DNA of 64,000 bases from Candidatus Poribacteria bacterium (GCA_965215015.1 OZ244042.1:3200001-3264000); one strand, 5' to 3'; positions 1-10,214 are shown, counted from the stretch's first letter. Program-made: numbers and translations. Notes: a model not told the origin generated them from the sequence alone.

Positions 1-216
1 ATCCCACCGCTCTTCGAGTCCTTCGACGATATCGCCACCGATGCCTTTATTGACATATTCGATTCGACGTTCCGGGCACTTTGCAGTGATTAGCTCCGTT
101 ATCTTTTTAACATAGCCGTTCCCAAGCGGCGCGTGGTCGCCGCGGCGCCCGCAATCGGTGATACTATCGCCGATGAAAAGTACCTTTTCGCCCGATTGAA
201 ACAGTAAGTTGCTCAT
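1..216 (-). CDS. SGNH/GDSL hydrolase family protein (N-terminal part, runs off window)
   Basis: Manual translation from ATG at 216: MSNLLFQSGEKVLFIGDSITDCGRR...NKGIGG; GDS(I) block I and N.GIGG block II; GAGG SD upstream. Confidence 0.85.
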   Translation of the reverse strand, partial: MSNLLFQSGEKVLFIGDSITDCGRRGDHAPLGNGYVKKITELITAKCPERRIEYVNKGIGGDIVEGLEERWD

Positions 217-284
217 AGATTTCCTCTCAATTTGATTTCACTCGCCTCTAGTCGAAACTGTGGTTTAGCAGGGGAATTGCTGCG

Positions 285-341
285 GTAGGGACAGGTCTTG
301 TGCCCGATTCAATCGGGAGCAACCGCAAGGGTTGCCCCTAC
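285..341. repeat. GTAG...CTAC REP-like doublet
   Basis: Starts GTAGGG, ends CCCCTAC; contains hairpins cccgatt-c-aatcggg and gcaacc-gcaa-gggttgc. Confidence 0.5.
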
Positions 342-489
342 TATACAATTTTAGGGGATAGAGCACGGTCTGTCAAGATCAAACTTCAAGCCAATAAAAA
401 AATGTCAATATCTGTCACGTTTTTGCCTTGTTGTCCGTTTGGTTTAGTATTATGTCATTGGGAGGAATTGTAGTTACCATCTTCACGTT

Positions 490-1630
490 TAGGGTCATTT
501 AGTTTTCGGTATTTTTTATATTTAGTGCAAGTGCGACGTGCCTTTTCACGCCGCACCTGTTATACTTCCCCTTAAAAACCTACCATAATTTTTGAGGTGA
601 AATATGACCCAAACCCAGTGTGATCACTCGATGGACATTTTAGCAGAAGTGCCGAATCCACGCAACGCCCAAGGGAAACGGCCCTCCTGCGTGCGATTCT
701 CGCACTTTCAGTGATTGAGATATTAAGGCACTGGGCTTTACGCACGCCAAAACGCCTGGTGCTGCGACGTTACATAACTGCTTTAAACAATTGGACATTG
801 CCAAGTTGGAAAACGTGCTGCCCCAATGAGGAGTCGAGGCACTTCAAAGCTACCTGGTAGCCTCCTCTCCAATGGTGGTGGCCATTGATGGCAAGAAACT
901 TAACGTCAGTAGGCAAGCAAAAGGCATCTGCTCTCGGTATGACGCTTGCCCAAAAGACCGTGGATACATAGACTAATGAAATCCCCATCTCCACCGAGAT
1001 ACTTTCTGCCTTTGACATCAAAGGCATGATTTTACTTAGACAGCGTCCATTTTGCGCGCCCGTGTGTACTTTGGACGGAGATTATGTGGTGCCTGTGGGA
1101 TTGAATCACAACTAATTCCATCAAGATATTCACTGTTTGTTTTCCCCGGCACCAGAGATAAGCCCCCCTCAACAGCCTTTCAATGCACTTCAACAGATGC
1201 ACCAAGAGTTAGACCAAACGCTGGATACCTGAAAAAGGACACGGCAGCATTGAAGTACGACGCTTGACTGCCAGCCAGCATGGCATTGAACGATTATATT
1301 GAGTGGCCGGGGGGTGAACTAGTAGTTGAGTAGAGTTACGAACGAGTTTAAGTCCGAACGAAGTTTCAGCAGCGGACTTGCTTTCCTTGCAACGGGAACA
1401 TTGGACCATTGAGAATCAGTCCCACTGGGTGCGGGAGGTGGTTTTGGGGGAAGATGCGTCCCAAGTGCGGTGTCATTCCGCAGGTGATGGCTGCTTTGCG
1501 GAATACGACACTGGCAGTATTCCGCTTTGCTGGCTATCACAGTATATCCCAAGCCATGCGGTATGCCGCCGCACACCCACTACACACTTTTAGCATGATC
1601 AACCGAAAATGCGAAAACTAAATGACCCTA
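490..1630 (+). mobile_element. Decayed ISAs1-family insertion sequence
   Basis: Perfect 19-bp terminal inverted repeats TAGGGTCATTTAGTTTTCG (490-508) and CGAAAACTAAATGACCCTA (1612-1630) enclosing transposase fragments. Confidence 0.85.
604..1621 (+). pseudogene. ISAs1-family transposase, multiply frameshifted and deleted
   Basis: Fragments in several frames: LAEVPNPRNAQGKR, VVAIDGK, REHWTIENQSHWVREVVLGEDASQVR, PQVMAALRN. Confidence 0.85.
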
Positions 1631-1646
1631 CCTAGGGGGTCTGATT

Positions 1647-2983
1647 TCATTTACCCCCATTTTTTTTTGGTTATAGATTTGAGATATTTTTATGATTTAG
1701 GATAGTGAGAATACCTGTCATTAAGGGTGTTTGCATGTATCTCCCCTGCACAGTGGGAGTGTGAACCATGGATTGAGACACCACCCGCTCCACGCCTCAG
1801 CCACCACTCGCTTTATCACGGTAATGAGTGAGTATATTTTAGTCCGTGTGTTGAATGTTTTTGCCCATCGATCGCCTGACTTTTGATAGGTGATAAACAG
1901 TAAGCCATAACTGATACAAGCTAAGAGCCATAACAGGTTGATGCGGGCTTTTGACGGTTTTTTGAGTCTCAAGCTGCCAAAGCCAAAACCGGTCTTGATG
2001 TCCCGAAAGCCGTGTTCAATCTGCATTCTTCGCTTATAATAGTGGTATATTTGACGCCCCGTCAGATGACTTGAAATCAGATACATCGGTTCAGCCAACC
2101 GCGCCTCTCTGACGACATACAGGTTGAGTCGAATCGGCTCGGTTAAGTGATAGAGAATCTGTGGATAGAACCCCGTTTCCTGCAACTGTTCTGCCTTTTT
2201 AACAGTGCCCCAGACGGTCATGCGCGCGTTACGACACACGCGGATGATAAACGGAATCCGTTGTGTCTTGAGAAACTTTATCACATATTTAGCACGCGCG
2301 AAGCCTCTATCGAATATCAACGTGGCTTCACACGGGGGCGGTAAAATCGCTTCTGTCTTTTGATACAGTGTGAGACAAAAGCGTTGGATAATCTCATTAT
2401 GGCTGGTATAGGTCAACTGTTGAATCTCAGCATCGGTGTAGAGGTGCCAGTAGATAGGAACCGCCCGGCGGCGGAACGGCACCGCGGCAACAATCGCTTT
2501 GAAATGGCCAAACACCTGGGTTTCATCCACTAAAATCAACCGGCGTCCGGCGTGACGTTCACAGACCCGGCGGAGCACAAAGCCCAACCAGCACCCCATC
2601 ACCGCGTCAATAGGAAAGCGACGAGCTAAGAATCGAAGCAGGCGTTTCTGTTTCGTCTTTTGATGTTTGACGGCTACTGGCAAGCGTAAAGCAATTTCGT
2701 TTATCCGAAACTTCTGGGCCAACACAATGGCTAGGATCGTGAGTATCAGGTTTTTTAACGCCGGTTTTTTCAATACGGGGTTGAAAATCTCGGTCAGAGT
2801 GGTTATCATAGAACTGGGATTCACCCGCTTATGGCGGTGGGTGCCTTTCATAATACCTCCTTGTTTAAAACAATGGTTATTTTATACAGGGAGGTATTTT
2901 ACCATATTTGATAACCCTTTCTCACATCTAGACCTCGCAAAAACAACCAACATTACAACTCTAAAAAAAATGGGGGTAAGTGA
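1647..2983 (-). mobile_element. IS4-like insertion sequence
   Basis: Imperfect TIRs TCATTTACCCCCATTTTTTTT (from 1647) and AAAAAAAATGGGGGTAAGTGA (to 2983) around an intact DDE transposase. Confidence 0.75.
1721..2851 (-). CDS. IS4-family DDE transposase
   Basis: LILVDET, LIFDRGF and the YREK motif YKRRMQIEHGFRDIK; GGAGG SD. Confidence 0.85.
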   Translation of the reverse strand: MKGTHRHKRVNPSSMITTLTEIFNPVLKKPALKNLILTILAIVLAQKFRINEIALRLPVAVKHQKTKQKRLLRFLARRFPIDAVMGCWLGFVLRRVCERHAGRRLILVDETQVFGHFKAIVAAVPFRRRAVPIYWHLYTDAEIQQLTYTSHNEIIQRFCLTLYQKTEAILPPPCEATLIFDRGFARAKYVIKFLKTQRIPFIIRVCRNARMTVWGTVKKAEQLQETGFYPQILYHLTEPIRLNLYVVREARLAEPMYLISSHLTGRQIYHYYKRRMQIEHGFRDIKTGFGFGSLRLKKPSKARINLLWLLACISYGLLFITYQKSGDRWAKTFNTRTKIYSLITVIKRVVAEAWSGWCLNPWFTLPLCRGDTCKHP

Positions 2984-3191
2984 GAGCACCTTTAGTTCTT
3001 GCATTTCCATTAAGAGCTAAGTATAATATAGATGCAACTGTACAATGGATTCAAGAAAGCTTTACAAGTTGTGTGAAGGGCAAAACTGAAGCGTTTTCCC
3101 AGATTTGCTGTCATTTTGTACCTCTATGCTTCTTTCGGCTTCATGAGACGTTTGCAGTTAGATATTCCGAAGTGAAAGGAGGTGCGAAACA

Positions 3192-3392
3192 ATGGCAACA
3201 GGTCGTGTCAAATGGTTTAGCGACCAGAAGGGTTACGGATTCATTACCACGGATTCAGGGGAAGATGTGTTTATACATTATTCCGCTATTGAAGGGGTTG
3301 GCTTCAAATCTCTCGATGAGGGACAAGAGGTTGAATTTGAAATTGTACAAGGTCCCAAAGGTTATCAGGCAGAAAATGTTGTGAAACTTTAA
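3192..3392 (+). CDS. cspA: Cold-shock protein
   Basis: GRVKWF, KGYGFI (RNP1), VFIHYS (RNP2); AAGGAGG SD. Confidence 0.95.
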   Translation: MATGRVKWFSDQKGYGFITTDSGEDVFIHYSAIEGVGFKSLDEGQEVEFEIVQGPKGYQAENVVKL

Positions 3393-3428
3393 GGTTGGCA
3401 AATTGAAACTGGTTGAGTCTCCGGTTAT

Positions 3429-3702
3429 ATAAACGCAAGTTGCTAGACAGCCTGTCGGTTGAGCTTTTCATATCCCATACCTATCAGAAATCACCGAACA
3501 ACATGATGCAAGAGAATACCAGACACTGTTGCGCCCCCCGGTTGGCTCAATCCACCCGGGACATTACGCGAGAATCCGGGGGGTGTCGAGATATGAATCT
3601 GGACCGACAGGCTGAGCCTGTTCACATTTGACAGATTGGGCTTATAGCGTTTACCGGATTGACGGCAGCAAAATGTCAACACGCCCTAGCAACTTTGGTT
3701 AT
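3429..3702. repeat. Composite of two MITE-like units inside a CTAG-centred palindrome
   Basis: Outer AAGTTGCTAG (3437-3446) / CTAGCAACTT (3686-3695); inner IR CAGCCTGTCGGT (3448-3459) / ACCGACAGGCTG (3603-3614); second unit ends AAATGTCAACACGCCCTAG. Confidence 0.6.
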
Positions 3703-3709
3703 TTAAACT

Positions 3710-3743
3710 AAAAAAGGCTCCCAAACTTGTGGGAGCCTTTTTT
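3710..3743. terminator. Bidirectional intrinsic terminator between cspA and nadA
   Basis: AAAAAAGGCTCCCA-loop-TGGGAGCCTTTTTT. Confidence 0.85.
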
Positions 3744-3814
3744 ATTGCTCTGATTTCAGCGTTTGAATGGTTGGAACCTGCGGGGAAGGTGGGCATGAAC
3801 CTGTGTTTTATGTT

Positions 3815-4924
3815 TTACGCACTCAACTCAAGCATCCGCTCAATTGGCGTTCTAGCCCGTTCGATGACCTCCGGCGTGAGTATGACTTCGTGAGGACTCA
3901 AATCATCGCCCTTATCCAGGGCTTGCAGGACATTAAGTACCTTACCAAGCGTGACTTTCGCCATGTGCGAACACCTTACAGAACAAGCGGTCGAGAATTG
4001 TACGGTCGGGAACTCCTGCGCTAAATTGGAGGTCAGTTCACACTCCGAAGCAACAAAAGCACGTTCCAATCGATTTTCCTCTACCCTCTTTGCGATGTCC
4101 TTCCCAATCTGACTGGTACTGCCGTAAAAATCGGCTTCCTGAAGCACCTCAGGCCTACACTCCCAGTGTGCATAAAGTATTCTCGTGGGGTGCCGTTTAG
4201 GGATGTCAAACGACTCCCTTATCGCCAAAAGGTCTGAAAGCAGGAATTTTTCATGCACCTCACACACCGCGCCTCTCTCCTGATTTCCTTTGCCAGGATA
4301 GATAACCCTCTTTGTCCCTCTAAGCTCTTCCGCTAAATTCTCCGCGAAGAAAATATCGGGAACAAAAAGGATTTCATTACCCGGCATTTCTCGGGCTATT
4401 TGGGCGGCATTTGCGGACGTGCAACAGATGTCTGATTCCGCTTTCGCATCGGCGTAGCTATTGATGTAAATCATGACAGGTACCCCCGGATATAGTGCCT
4501 TCAACTTCCTTACCTCTTCAGCTCCAAAATTATCTGCCAAAGAGCAGCCTGCTGTTTTATCCGCGGCGAGGACCGTTTTTGAAGGGTTGAGAATTTTCGC
4601 GGTTTCTGCCATGAATGGCACGCCGTTAAAGAGGATGTACGGCGCGTCGGTTTTTGCGGCGTGCATGCTCAACCCGAGCGAATCGCCCTGTTCACTTTTG
4701 GTTGATAGGCCAAATACAAGGGGCTCCATGTAGTTGTGACCGAGCATTACCACATTGTGTTTTTTCTTCAGTTTCAATATTTGGTACACTGTTTCTGCGT
4801 GAGCTTCTATGTCAATCGGCGTTAAACTGGGATGGTTCCTCTTATAGAGTTCCCGCTTTACACCTTCAACACTCAGTGCTGCTTTATCTATATTGTCTTG
4901 GGATATTGTTGGTTGGGAATTCAT
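3815..4924 (-). CDS. nadA: Quinolinate synthase
   Basis: LGHNYM, GDSL, FMAETAKILNP, AGCSLA, YINS, CCTSANA, CEVH, AHWEC, CSHM (three Fe-S cysteines). Confidence 0.93.
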   Translation of the reverse strand: MNSQPTISQDNIDKAALSVEGVKRELYKRNHPSLTPIDIEAHAETVYQILKLKKKHNVVMLGHNYMEPLVFGLSTKSEQGDSLGLSMHAAKTDAPYILFNGVPFMAETAKILNPSKTVLAADKTAGCSLADNFGAEEVRKLKALYPGVPVMIYINSYADAKAESDICCTSANAAQIAREMPGNEILFVPDIFFAENLAEELRGTKRVIYPGKGNQERGAVCEVHEKFLLSDLLAIRESFDIPKRHPTRILYAHWECRPEVLQEADFYGSTSQIGKDIAKRVEENRLERAFVASECELTSNLAQEFPTVQFSTACSVRCSHMAKVTLGKVLNVLQALDKGDDLSPHEVILTPEVIERARTPIERMLELSA

Positions 4925-5046
4925 GTCCTCTCACCCCTGAATCTATCGGAGCATCTTTCGCCTCGAATTTCTGATTTGCGTTCCTAGTTCATAAGACATA
5001 CGGTCAAAAATAGGAGAAATCTTTGTTGTTTGTTAGGCTACCCTAG

Positions 5047-5075
5047 AGTTTACACCGATTAGAAATCTTTGTCAA
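5047..5075 (-). promoter_or_regulatory. Sigma70-type promoter for nadA
   Basis: Minus strand TTGACA-17 nt-TAAACT about 120 nt upstream of the ATG. Confidence 0.6.
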
Positions 5076-5225
5076 GTATGATTACGATGAATCGTTAAAA
5101 TTTATTGCCGAAGAAGATGAATATGGCTAAAAAGCTATGGTAAGGTGTCTACAAAGATAGAGGCGAACCAACGGTGCGCTGTCTTGGATATGGCGACCTT
5201 ACAGATGGTGCCATCAAAGTGTTTG

Positions 5226-5610
5226 GTATCCTCAGGATTCAAAGCCATCTGAATCAGGATTTTCAGAATTTAAGGATTCACAGGATTATATGACTCACAA
5301 TTCACATCTAAACGACGAGATAGGTCTGAGGCAGGTGCCTCCTTATTGTCTGAATTATGGATTAAACGGAGGACACGGATTCTTACCCTGAAAATACCCT
5401 ATATGTTGCGCTACGCGCCGGGCTCATTGAGCCTAAAACTCTAGTGCAATGGTGTTAGTATCCTCAGGATTCAAAGCCATCTGAATCAGGATTTTCAGAA
5501 TTTAAGGATTCACAGGATTATATGACTCACATTCACATCTAAACGACGAGATAGGTCTGAGGCAGGTGCCTCCTTATTGTCTGAATTATGGATTAAACGG
5601 AGGACACGGA
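5226..5610 (+). repeat. Direct repeat pair of about 154 bp (5226-5379, 5458-5610)
   Basis: Near-identical copies GTATCCTCAGGATTC...GGAGGACACGGA differing by a 1-nt indel; contains TCTGAAT..GGATT motifs found elsewhere in the window. Confidence 0.9.
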
Positions 5611-5915
5611 AAACACGGATTCGGAACCCTCCGGGCCATCCAAGAATCGGTATGAATCTGCGATACAAAGACCTTCCAACCTCTGAGAAATGTGCCTTTA
5701 TTTTAGCTTTCCAATCTTCCATCCTTTTTAATGCGTGTTTATCTGCGGATTTCCTCGAAAATATGCTCACCGCAATCAACGGTATCTATCAAGCGCGATC
5801 TAAAGAGACGGTATATTGTTCCAGGTTGCAGACATTCTAAAATTTGCTGCAATCAAATTGTTGCGCTGTTAAGCCCGGTCTACCACACAGGACGGATCTT
5901 TACACTTTTCGCATT

Positions 5916-8441
5916 TTATACCGATCCATCGTCCAAAATTGAGACAATCCCCTGAGTTCCATCAACGTGCAAACGTTGCCCCGATTGGATGCGTTGTGTC
6001 GCGGCGGTAACATTCACCACCGCCGGAATGCCGTATTCCCGTGCGACGATAGCACCGTGTGACAACATACCACCATACTCCATCACTAATGCAGCGGCGT
6101 GGAGAAAGAGCGGCGTCCACCCCGGATCTGTTGAAGGGCAGACCAAGATATAATTTTTACCGGCAATCTGTGCATCGGCTGCATCCAGGAGGACATATGC
6201 CTCGCTGGTAGCAACGCCGCCTGACACCCCAAGCCCTTGAATTTCATCTTTTGCTTCAACCGCTTGAGGCTCGCCGATACGGTTGAGGATATCGCTGTAG
6301 ATGACGCCCGGCAGTTCAATCTTTAATAATCGCGATCGGGTTGTTTTTCGCTCCGCAATCACCGACTGGAGGTCTTCTCCTTGGGTGAGTTGATTCAACT
6401 CATCGGGTACAAGGTAGAAGATATTCCCGTCAAGTTGATAGCGTCGATCCAGTTCCAGTAAAGCTTTTCGGATTAACTCGTAGCCGAGCATGAGATAGAA
6501 TTTCGCTGTTTCTCGGAACGGCATGTACCGTTGTGTCAGGTCAAGGACTTTATTGATCTGTTTCCCAAGTGCGGCGGCTTTACCTGCTGGGAGCTGTGCC
6601 AATCTCCTTTTTGCTTTTTCTCGATTTGTCTTTTGGGCTTCAAGATGCGTTGCCGGATTCGCATCAGGATTGATGCGGAACGATGTAACAATCTGTTCAA
6701 CATAGGACGGTTCTTCACGCCAGCGAGGCTGCGCCAACTCAAATTCACCGACCGAGCGATGTCCGTATTGTTCCAAGAAATCGTCCAGCGCGCACTCGCC
6801 CTGTGCGACTTCCCACATTTTCATATTAGCATCAACGGTCAGATCGCTGTCCGACCCGGTGATTAGCAATCTAGCGAGATCTTTTGCCTCACTTTCGCTA
6901 AAACATTTTTGAAGGGTAATTTCCAACTGCTGATAGGAAAAGTTTGCAAACACCGTCGCCTTGAGCGCGTCCTTAGCAAACTTATTGAGTGTTTTATCGC
7001 ACCATTCGTGGAATTTATCAATCACCTGTTGATCTGACAGTTCTTCAAGCGAAATTTGTCTTTGCGTCTGGACATACTGTTCAAACGCGGGAAAGATTTT
7101 TTCGGAGAGAATTCTATCGAGATTTTTACGAATTTTACTATGTTTGAGTTCAGCGGTAATTGCCTTGACGATATAGTAAGGAAACTTGATCCAAAACAGA
7201 GGGTTACTACGTTTGATGTTTGGAGTCGGTTGTGGATAGACTGCCTTATGTGGGTCGCGTTTGAGTTGCTGAAAATCGTGTTCAAACAGAAATCCATGGA
7301 AATTAAATTCTACTTCTCGACTCAAGTTGAAGTAGAGGCGTCCACAGATTAGATCTAGCATTCCCTCCTCATCGAACCTACGGCTGGGTAGAAAACCCAA
7401 CTCCCGGCAGGTCAGTCCAAACCCACCTCGCCCCGACATAAATTCCCGCATGATTGCCCATGTCATGGGAAGGGGGTGGGGTAGGACTTCGGAGAGATTG
7501 TATCGACTCCAAACCGTTCCGCCTTCATCGGCTTTCTGCTGGAGGGCTTCAATTTCCTGATGGCGCAGCTGCTCAATCTCGGCTGCGTCCGTGAGCGTTG
7601 TTATGGGGCGTGCCTGAAGCAAATAGAACTGTCCGTTGACGTGTCCCCATTCGATGTCTTGGGGAGTGCCATAGAACGCTTCCACTCGCATACCAATCTG
7701 GCTGAGTTCAGTAACCTGTCCACGTTGCAGGCTCGGAATCTCCCGTTGACCAATTGGCACGGCTTGCACTCCCTCACGTGCAATCATTTTCCGTTTAGTT
7801 ACTACGGTCTCCCGGATGAGTTCACCGGTTGCTCGTGAGACCATAAAGTGATCGGGTGTAACGTCTCCGGAAACAACGGACTCTCCCAAGCCCCAGTTTG
7901 ACTCGATGACCAGTTCATCACTCCCTGTCGGACTGCGGGTAAACATAACCCCGGAAACTTCAGCGTCGATCATTGCCTGTACCACAACAGCCATCGCCAA
8001 CGGTGTTTCCTCAATTCCGTGGTCCCGGCGATAGGCAACCGCACGCTCTGACCATAGGGACGCCCAACATAACTTAATCTTCTCCAAAAGTTCAGATGCT
8101 CCATAGACATTTAGGAACGTATCCTGTTGTCCAGCAAAACTGGCGTTGGGAAGATCTTCTGCGGTCGCAGACGAGCGTACCGCAACTCTATCTGCACCTA
8201 ATTCGTGATAAGCCGTTAAAATCGCCGACTGGAGCGCACTCGGTAGTGTAATGGCTTGGACGGCTTCACGGCTCCACATATCAACCCCTTCAACGGTGGT
8301 AGGATATGCGTCGGTCGTAACACAGAAGCCGGGTGGCACAAGAAATCCCGCCGCCGTCAACTTGCCAAGATTCAACCCTTTTCCACCGACAAGTGGGAGG
8401 GCAGCGTCATCAATTTCTGTTAGATGTTTGATCAATGTCAT
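5916..8441 (-). CDS. PEP-utilizing enzyme (PPDK_N ATP-grasp + substrate domain + C-terminal phospho-His swivel), rifampin-phosphotransferase-like architecture
   Basis: VGGKGLNL, VAVRSSATAEDL, SFAGQQDTFLN, QDIEW, LQARPIT; C-terminal TDPGWTPLF and GGMLSHGAIVAREYGIPAV. Confidence 0.85.
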   Translation of the reverse strand: MTLIKHLTEIDDAALPLVGGKGLNLGKLTAAGFLVPPGFCVTTDAYPTTVEGVDMWSREAVQAITLPSALQSAILTAYHELGADRVAVRSSATAEDLPNASFAGQQDTFLNVYGASELLEKIKLCWASLWSERAVAYRRDHGIEETPLAMAVVVQAMIDAEVSGVMFTRSPTGSDELVIESNWGLGESVVSGDVTPDHFMVSRATGELIRETVVTKRKMIAREGVQAVPIGQREIPSLQRGQVTELSQIGMRVEAFYGTPQDIEWGHVNGQFYLLQARPITTLTDAAEIEQLRHQEIEALQQKADEGGTVWSRYNLSEVLPHPLPMTWAIMREFMSGRGGFGLTCRELGFLPSRRFDEEGMLDLICGRLYFNLSREVEFNFHGFLFEHDFQQLKRDPHKAVYPQPTPNIKRSNPLFWIKFPYYIVKAITAELKHSKIRKNLDRILSEKIFPAFEQYVQTQRQISLEELSDQQVIDKFHEWCDKTLNKFAKDALKATVFANFSYQQLEITLQKCFSESEAKDLARLLITGSDSDLTVDANMKMWEVAQGECALDDFLEQYGHRSVGEFELAQPRWREEPSYVEQIVTSFRINPDANPATHLEAQKTNREKAKRRLAQLPAGKAAALGKQINKVLDLTQRYMPFRETAKFYLMLGYELIRKALLELDRRYQLDGNIFYLVPDELNQLTQGEDLQSVIAERKTTRSRLLKIELPGVIYSDILNRIGEPQAVEAKDEIQGLGVSGGVATSEAYVLLDAADAQIAGKNYILVCPSTDPGWTPLFLHAAALVMEYGGMLSHGAIVAREYGIPAVVNVTAATQRIQSGQRLHVDGTQGIVSILDDGSV

Positions 8442-8526
8442 AGGCGTGATGCGTAATGGGAAGACAAAACACTCGCCCCCTCAATATACCGTTTGCATTC
8501 CGGCTTCCAATGAACGCTTACAACGT

Positions 8527-9579
8527 TCAATCCGACTGTTGCTCTGGAAATGGAGCGCGGATATCGTAACGTCCCTCTACAAATACAGGTAGCATGCCCC
8601 CTTCAACCATCAAATCCAATGGGTTAGGACGTGTAGTTAGCGGAAACTTGACAACATCCTTAATTCGTAAAGATTCATAAATCGCCATCAGAATTGCCAT
8701 CGTCGTAGCGGCGTGTCTGCCTGCGTTGCGATGTTCCTCAATTTCTTCATCAAGCCACGCAACCATTTCTTCAAACTGATTCGGTTCACTCTGACGCGGC
8801 GTGATGGTCTGCCAACCCGCGCCCTTGCTATTGAGCAACTCAATTGTTCCATCTGCACCGCGCCTGAGTTGACCGTCGCTCCCGTAAACAGCATCGCCCC
8901 GCAGACTGGGTTCAGGCAAATCGCTCTCATAGATTCCGCGGATGCCGCCTTCAAAGCAGATTTCGCCCATGCAAACGTCTTCACAACGTACCCGGCGCTC
9001 CCACTTATCTGTCCGCCGAGAGACTTGTCCAATTAACCACAACGGTTCCGGATCGCCGAGGATGTAGCGCATTTCGTCAATCTCATGTGTGCCTCGATTG
9101 AGTAAACCATACCCATCGCGCCGCAACATCGCCTGCGGTTCGCCGATCGCGCCTTCCTGAATGAGTCGTCGTGCCTCACAATTCTGGGGCATAAAACGTC
9201 GTTGATGCCCGATGACGAGCTTGGTCCCACTCTTTCCACAAGCGTCCATCATATCCTGCGCTTCACCATAGGAGGCACTCATCGGTTTCTCACCGAGGAT
9301 TCCCAACATCCCTGCCTCTGCAGCAATCAACGTAAGTTCGGCGCGCACACTTTGCCATGTTGTAATACTCACAACGTCCAGTGTCTCTTTTTCAAACATT
9401 TCGTGGACATCAGTATAATGCGTTGGTAGTGAAAATTCCGTTGCTAGCCTAGCAGCGGCATCTGGATTCATATCCGCTGCGGTCACTACCTCCGCGCGCC
9501 CGGTGGTTGGCCAAGCGTTAGCATGAGATCTTCCCATCCCACCACAACCAATAATTCCAACTCGGTATGTTTTAGCCAT
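8527..9579 (-). CDS. Gfo/Idh/MocA family oxidoreductase
   Basis: VGIIGCGGMG, EKPM, GHQRRF; start moved to the ATG at 9579 behind AAGGAG. Confidence 0.9.
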   Translation of the reverse strand: MAKTYRVGIIGCGGMGRSHANAWPTTGRAEVVTAADMNPDAAARLATEFSLPTHYTDVHEMFEKETLDVVSITTWQSVRAELTLIAAEAGMLGILGEKPMSASYGEAQDMMDACGKSGTKLVIGHQRRFMPQNCEARRLIQEGAIGEPQAMLRRDGYGLLNRGTHEIDEMRYILGDPEPLWLIGQVSRRTDKWERRVRCEDVCMGEICFEGGIRGIYESDLPEPSLRGDAVYGSDGQLRRGADGTIELLNSKGAGWQTITPRQSEPNQFEEMVAWLDEEIEEHRNAGRHAATTMAILMAIYESLRIKDVVKFPLTTRPNPLDLMVEGGMLPVFVEGRYDIRAPFPEQQSD

Positions 9580-9767
9580 AAATTTTATCTCCTTAAAAGT
9601 CCGGGGCAAATTAGATTCAATACTCCAAGTTGAAGAACCAACACTCTGATAATAGTGCCCATTATATCAAATTCCCCAATTTTAATCAATTGGAAACCGT
9701 TTTTTGAGAGTGTTTATCATCATTGGTTTTGTGAATCATAGGTGTGAGAAGGGTTGTCAGATGACCG

Positions 9768-9845
9768 ATGCAGCTTGAATAGGGTTTTGGGGACATCAAG
9801 AGTTATCTTGGCTTTGAGGTCCTCATTTTGAAAAAACTGACCTGA
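9768..9845 (+). pseudogene. Relic of IS4-like transposase related to 1721-2851
   Basis: Manual translation MQLE*GFGDIKSYLGFEVLILKKLT aligns with MQIEHGFRDIKTGFGFGSLRLKKPS. Confidence 0.6.
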
Positions 9846-9895
9846 CTCCATGCAAGCGAAGGGCGGAAAGAGAAGCGGGATAGCGTCAATTATTA

Positions 9896-10205
9896 GAGGG
9901 GTGCTCATACTAATTGTCTGAATCTCGGATTAAACAGATGACGCGGATTGCACGGATAGGAACAAACGCGCAATGAATTGCGCTACTACGAACAGGGTTA
10001 TCTATGTGAGGGGTGCTCATACTAATGACATGGATACAGATATGGGTCTCAGGCGAGAGATGGGGCAAGATGCCCCACCCGCGGGGTTGGGGTGCTTTGT
10101 TTTTCCCCATTCGGGTTGGGAATTTAATGACAGTTGGGTGTTAGCCAAGCCATATGCGGTAACGATTATGTGGTTTACGGTACGCGGAGCGTGCCTACTC
10201 CTTTA
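9896..10205 (+). repeat. Truncated copy of the GAGGGGTGCTCATA-ended MITE, with an embedded GTAG-type REP
   Basis: Homologous to 31401-31630; left end present twice (about 9896 and 10008); right TIR missing. Confidence 0.7.
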
Positions 10206-10214
10206 AATTATTAA

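Noticed and set aside
4925-5046. NAD+ riboswitch upstream of nadA
   Set aside because: The leader lacks the conserved tandem stem-bulge sequence as far as I can see; an Rfam scan would be decisive.
5652-5840. GxxExxY protein relic (MNLRYKDL...DFLEN)
   Set aside because: The resemblance is too short and degenerate to support a call.
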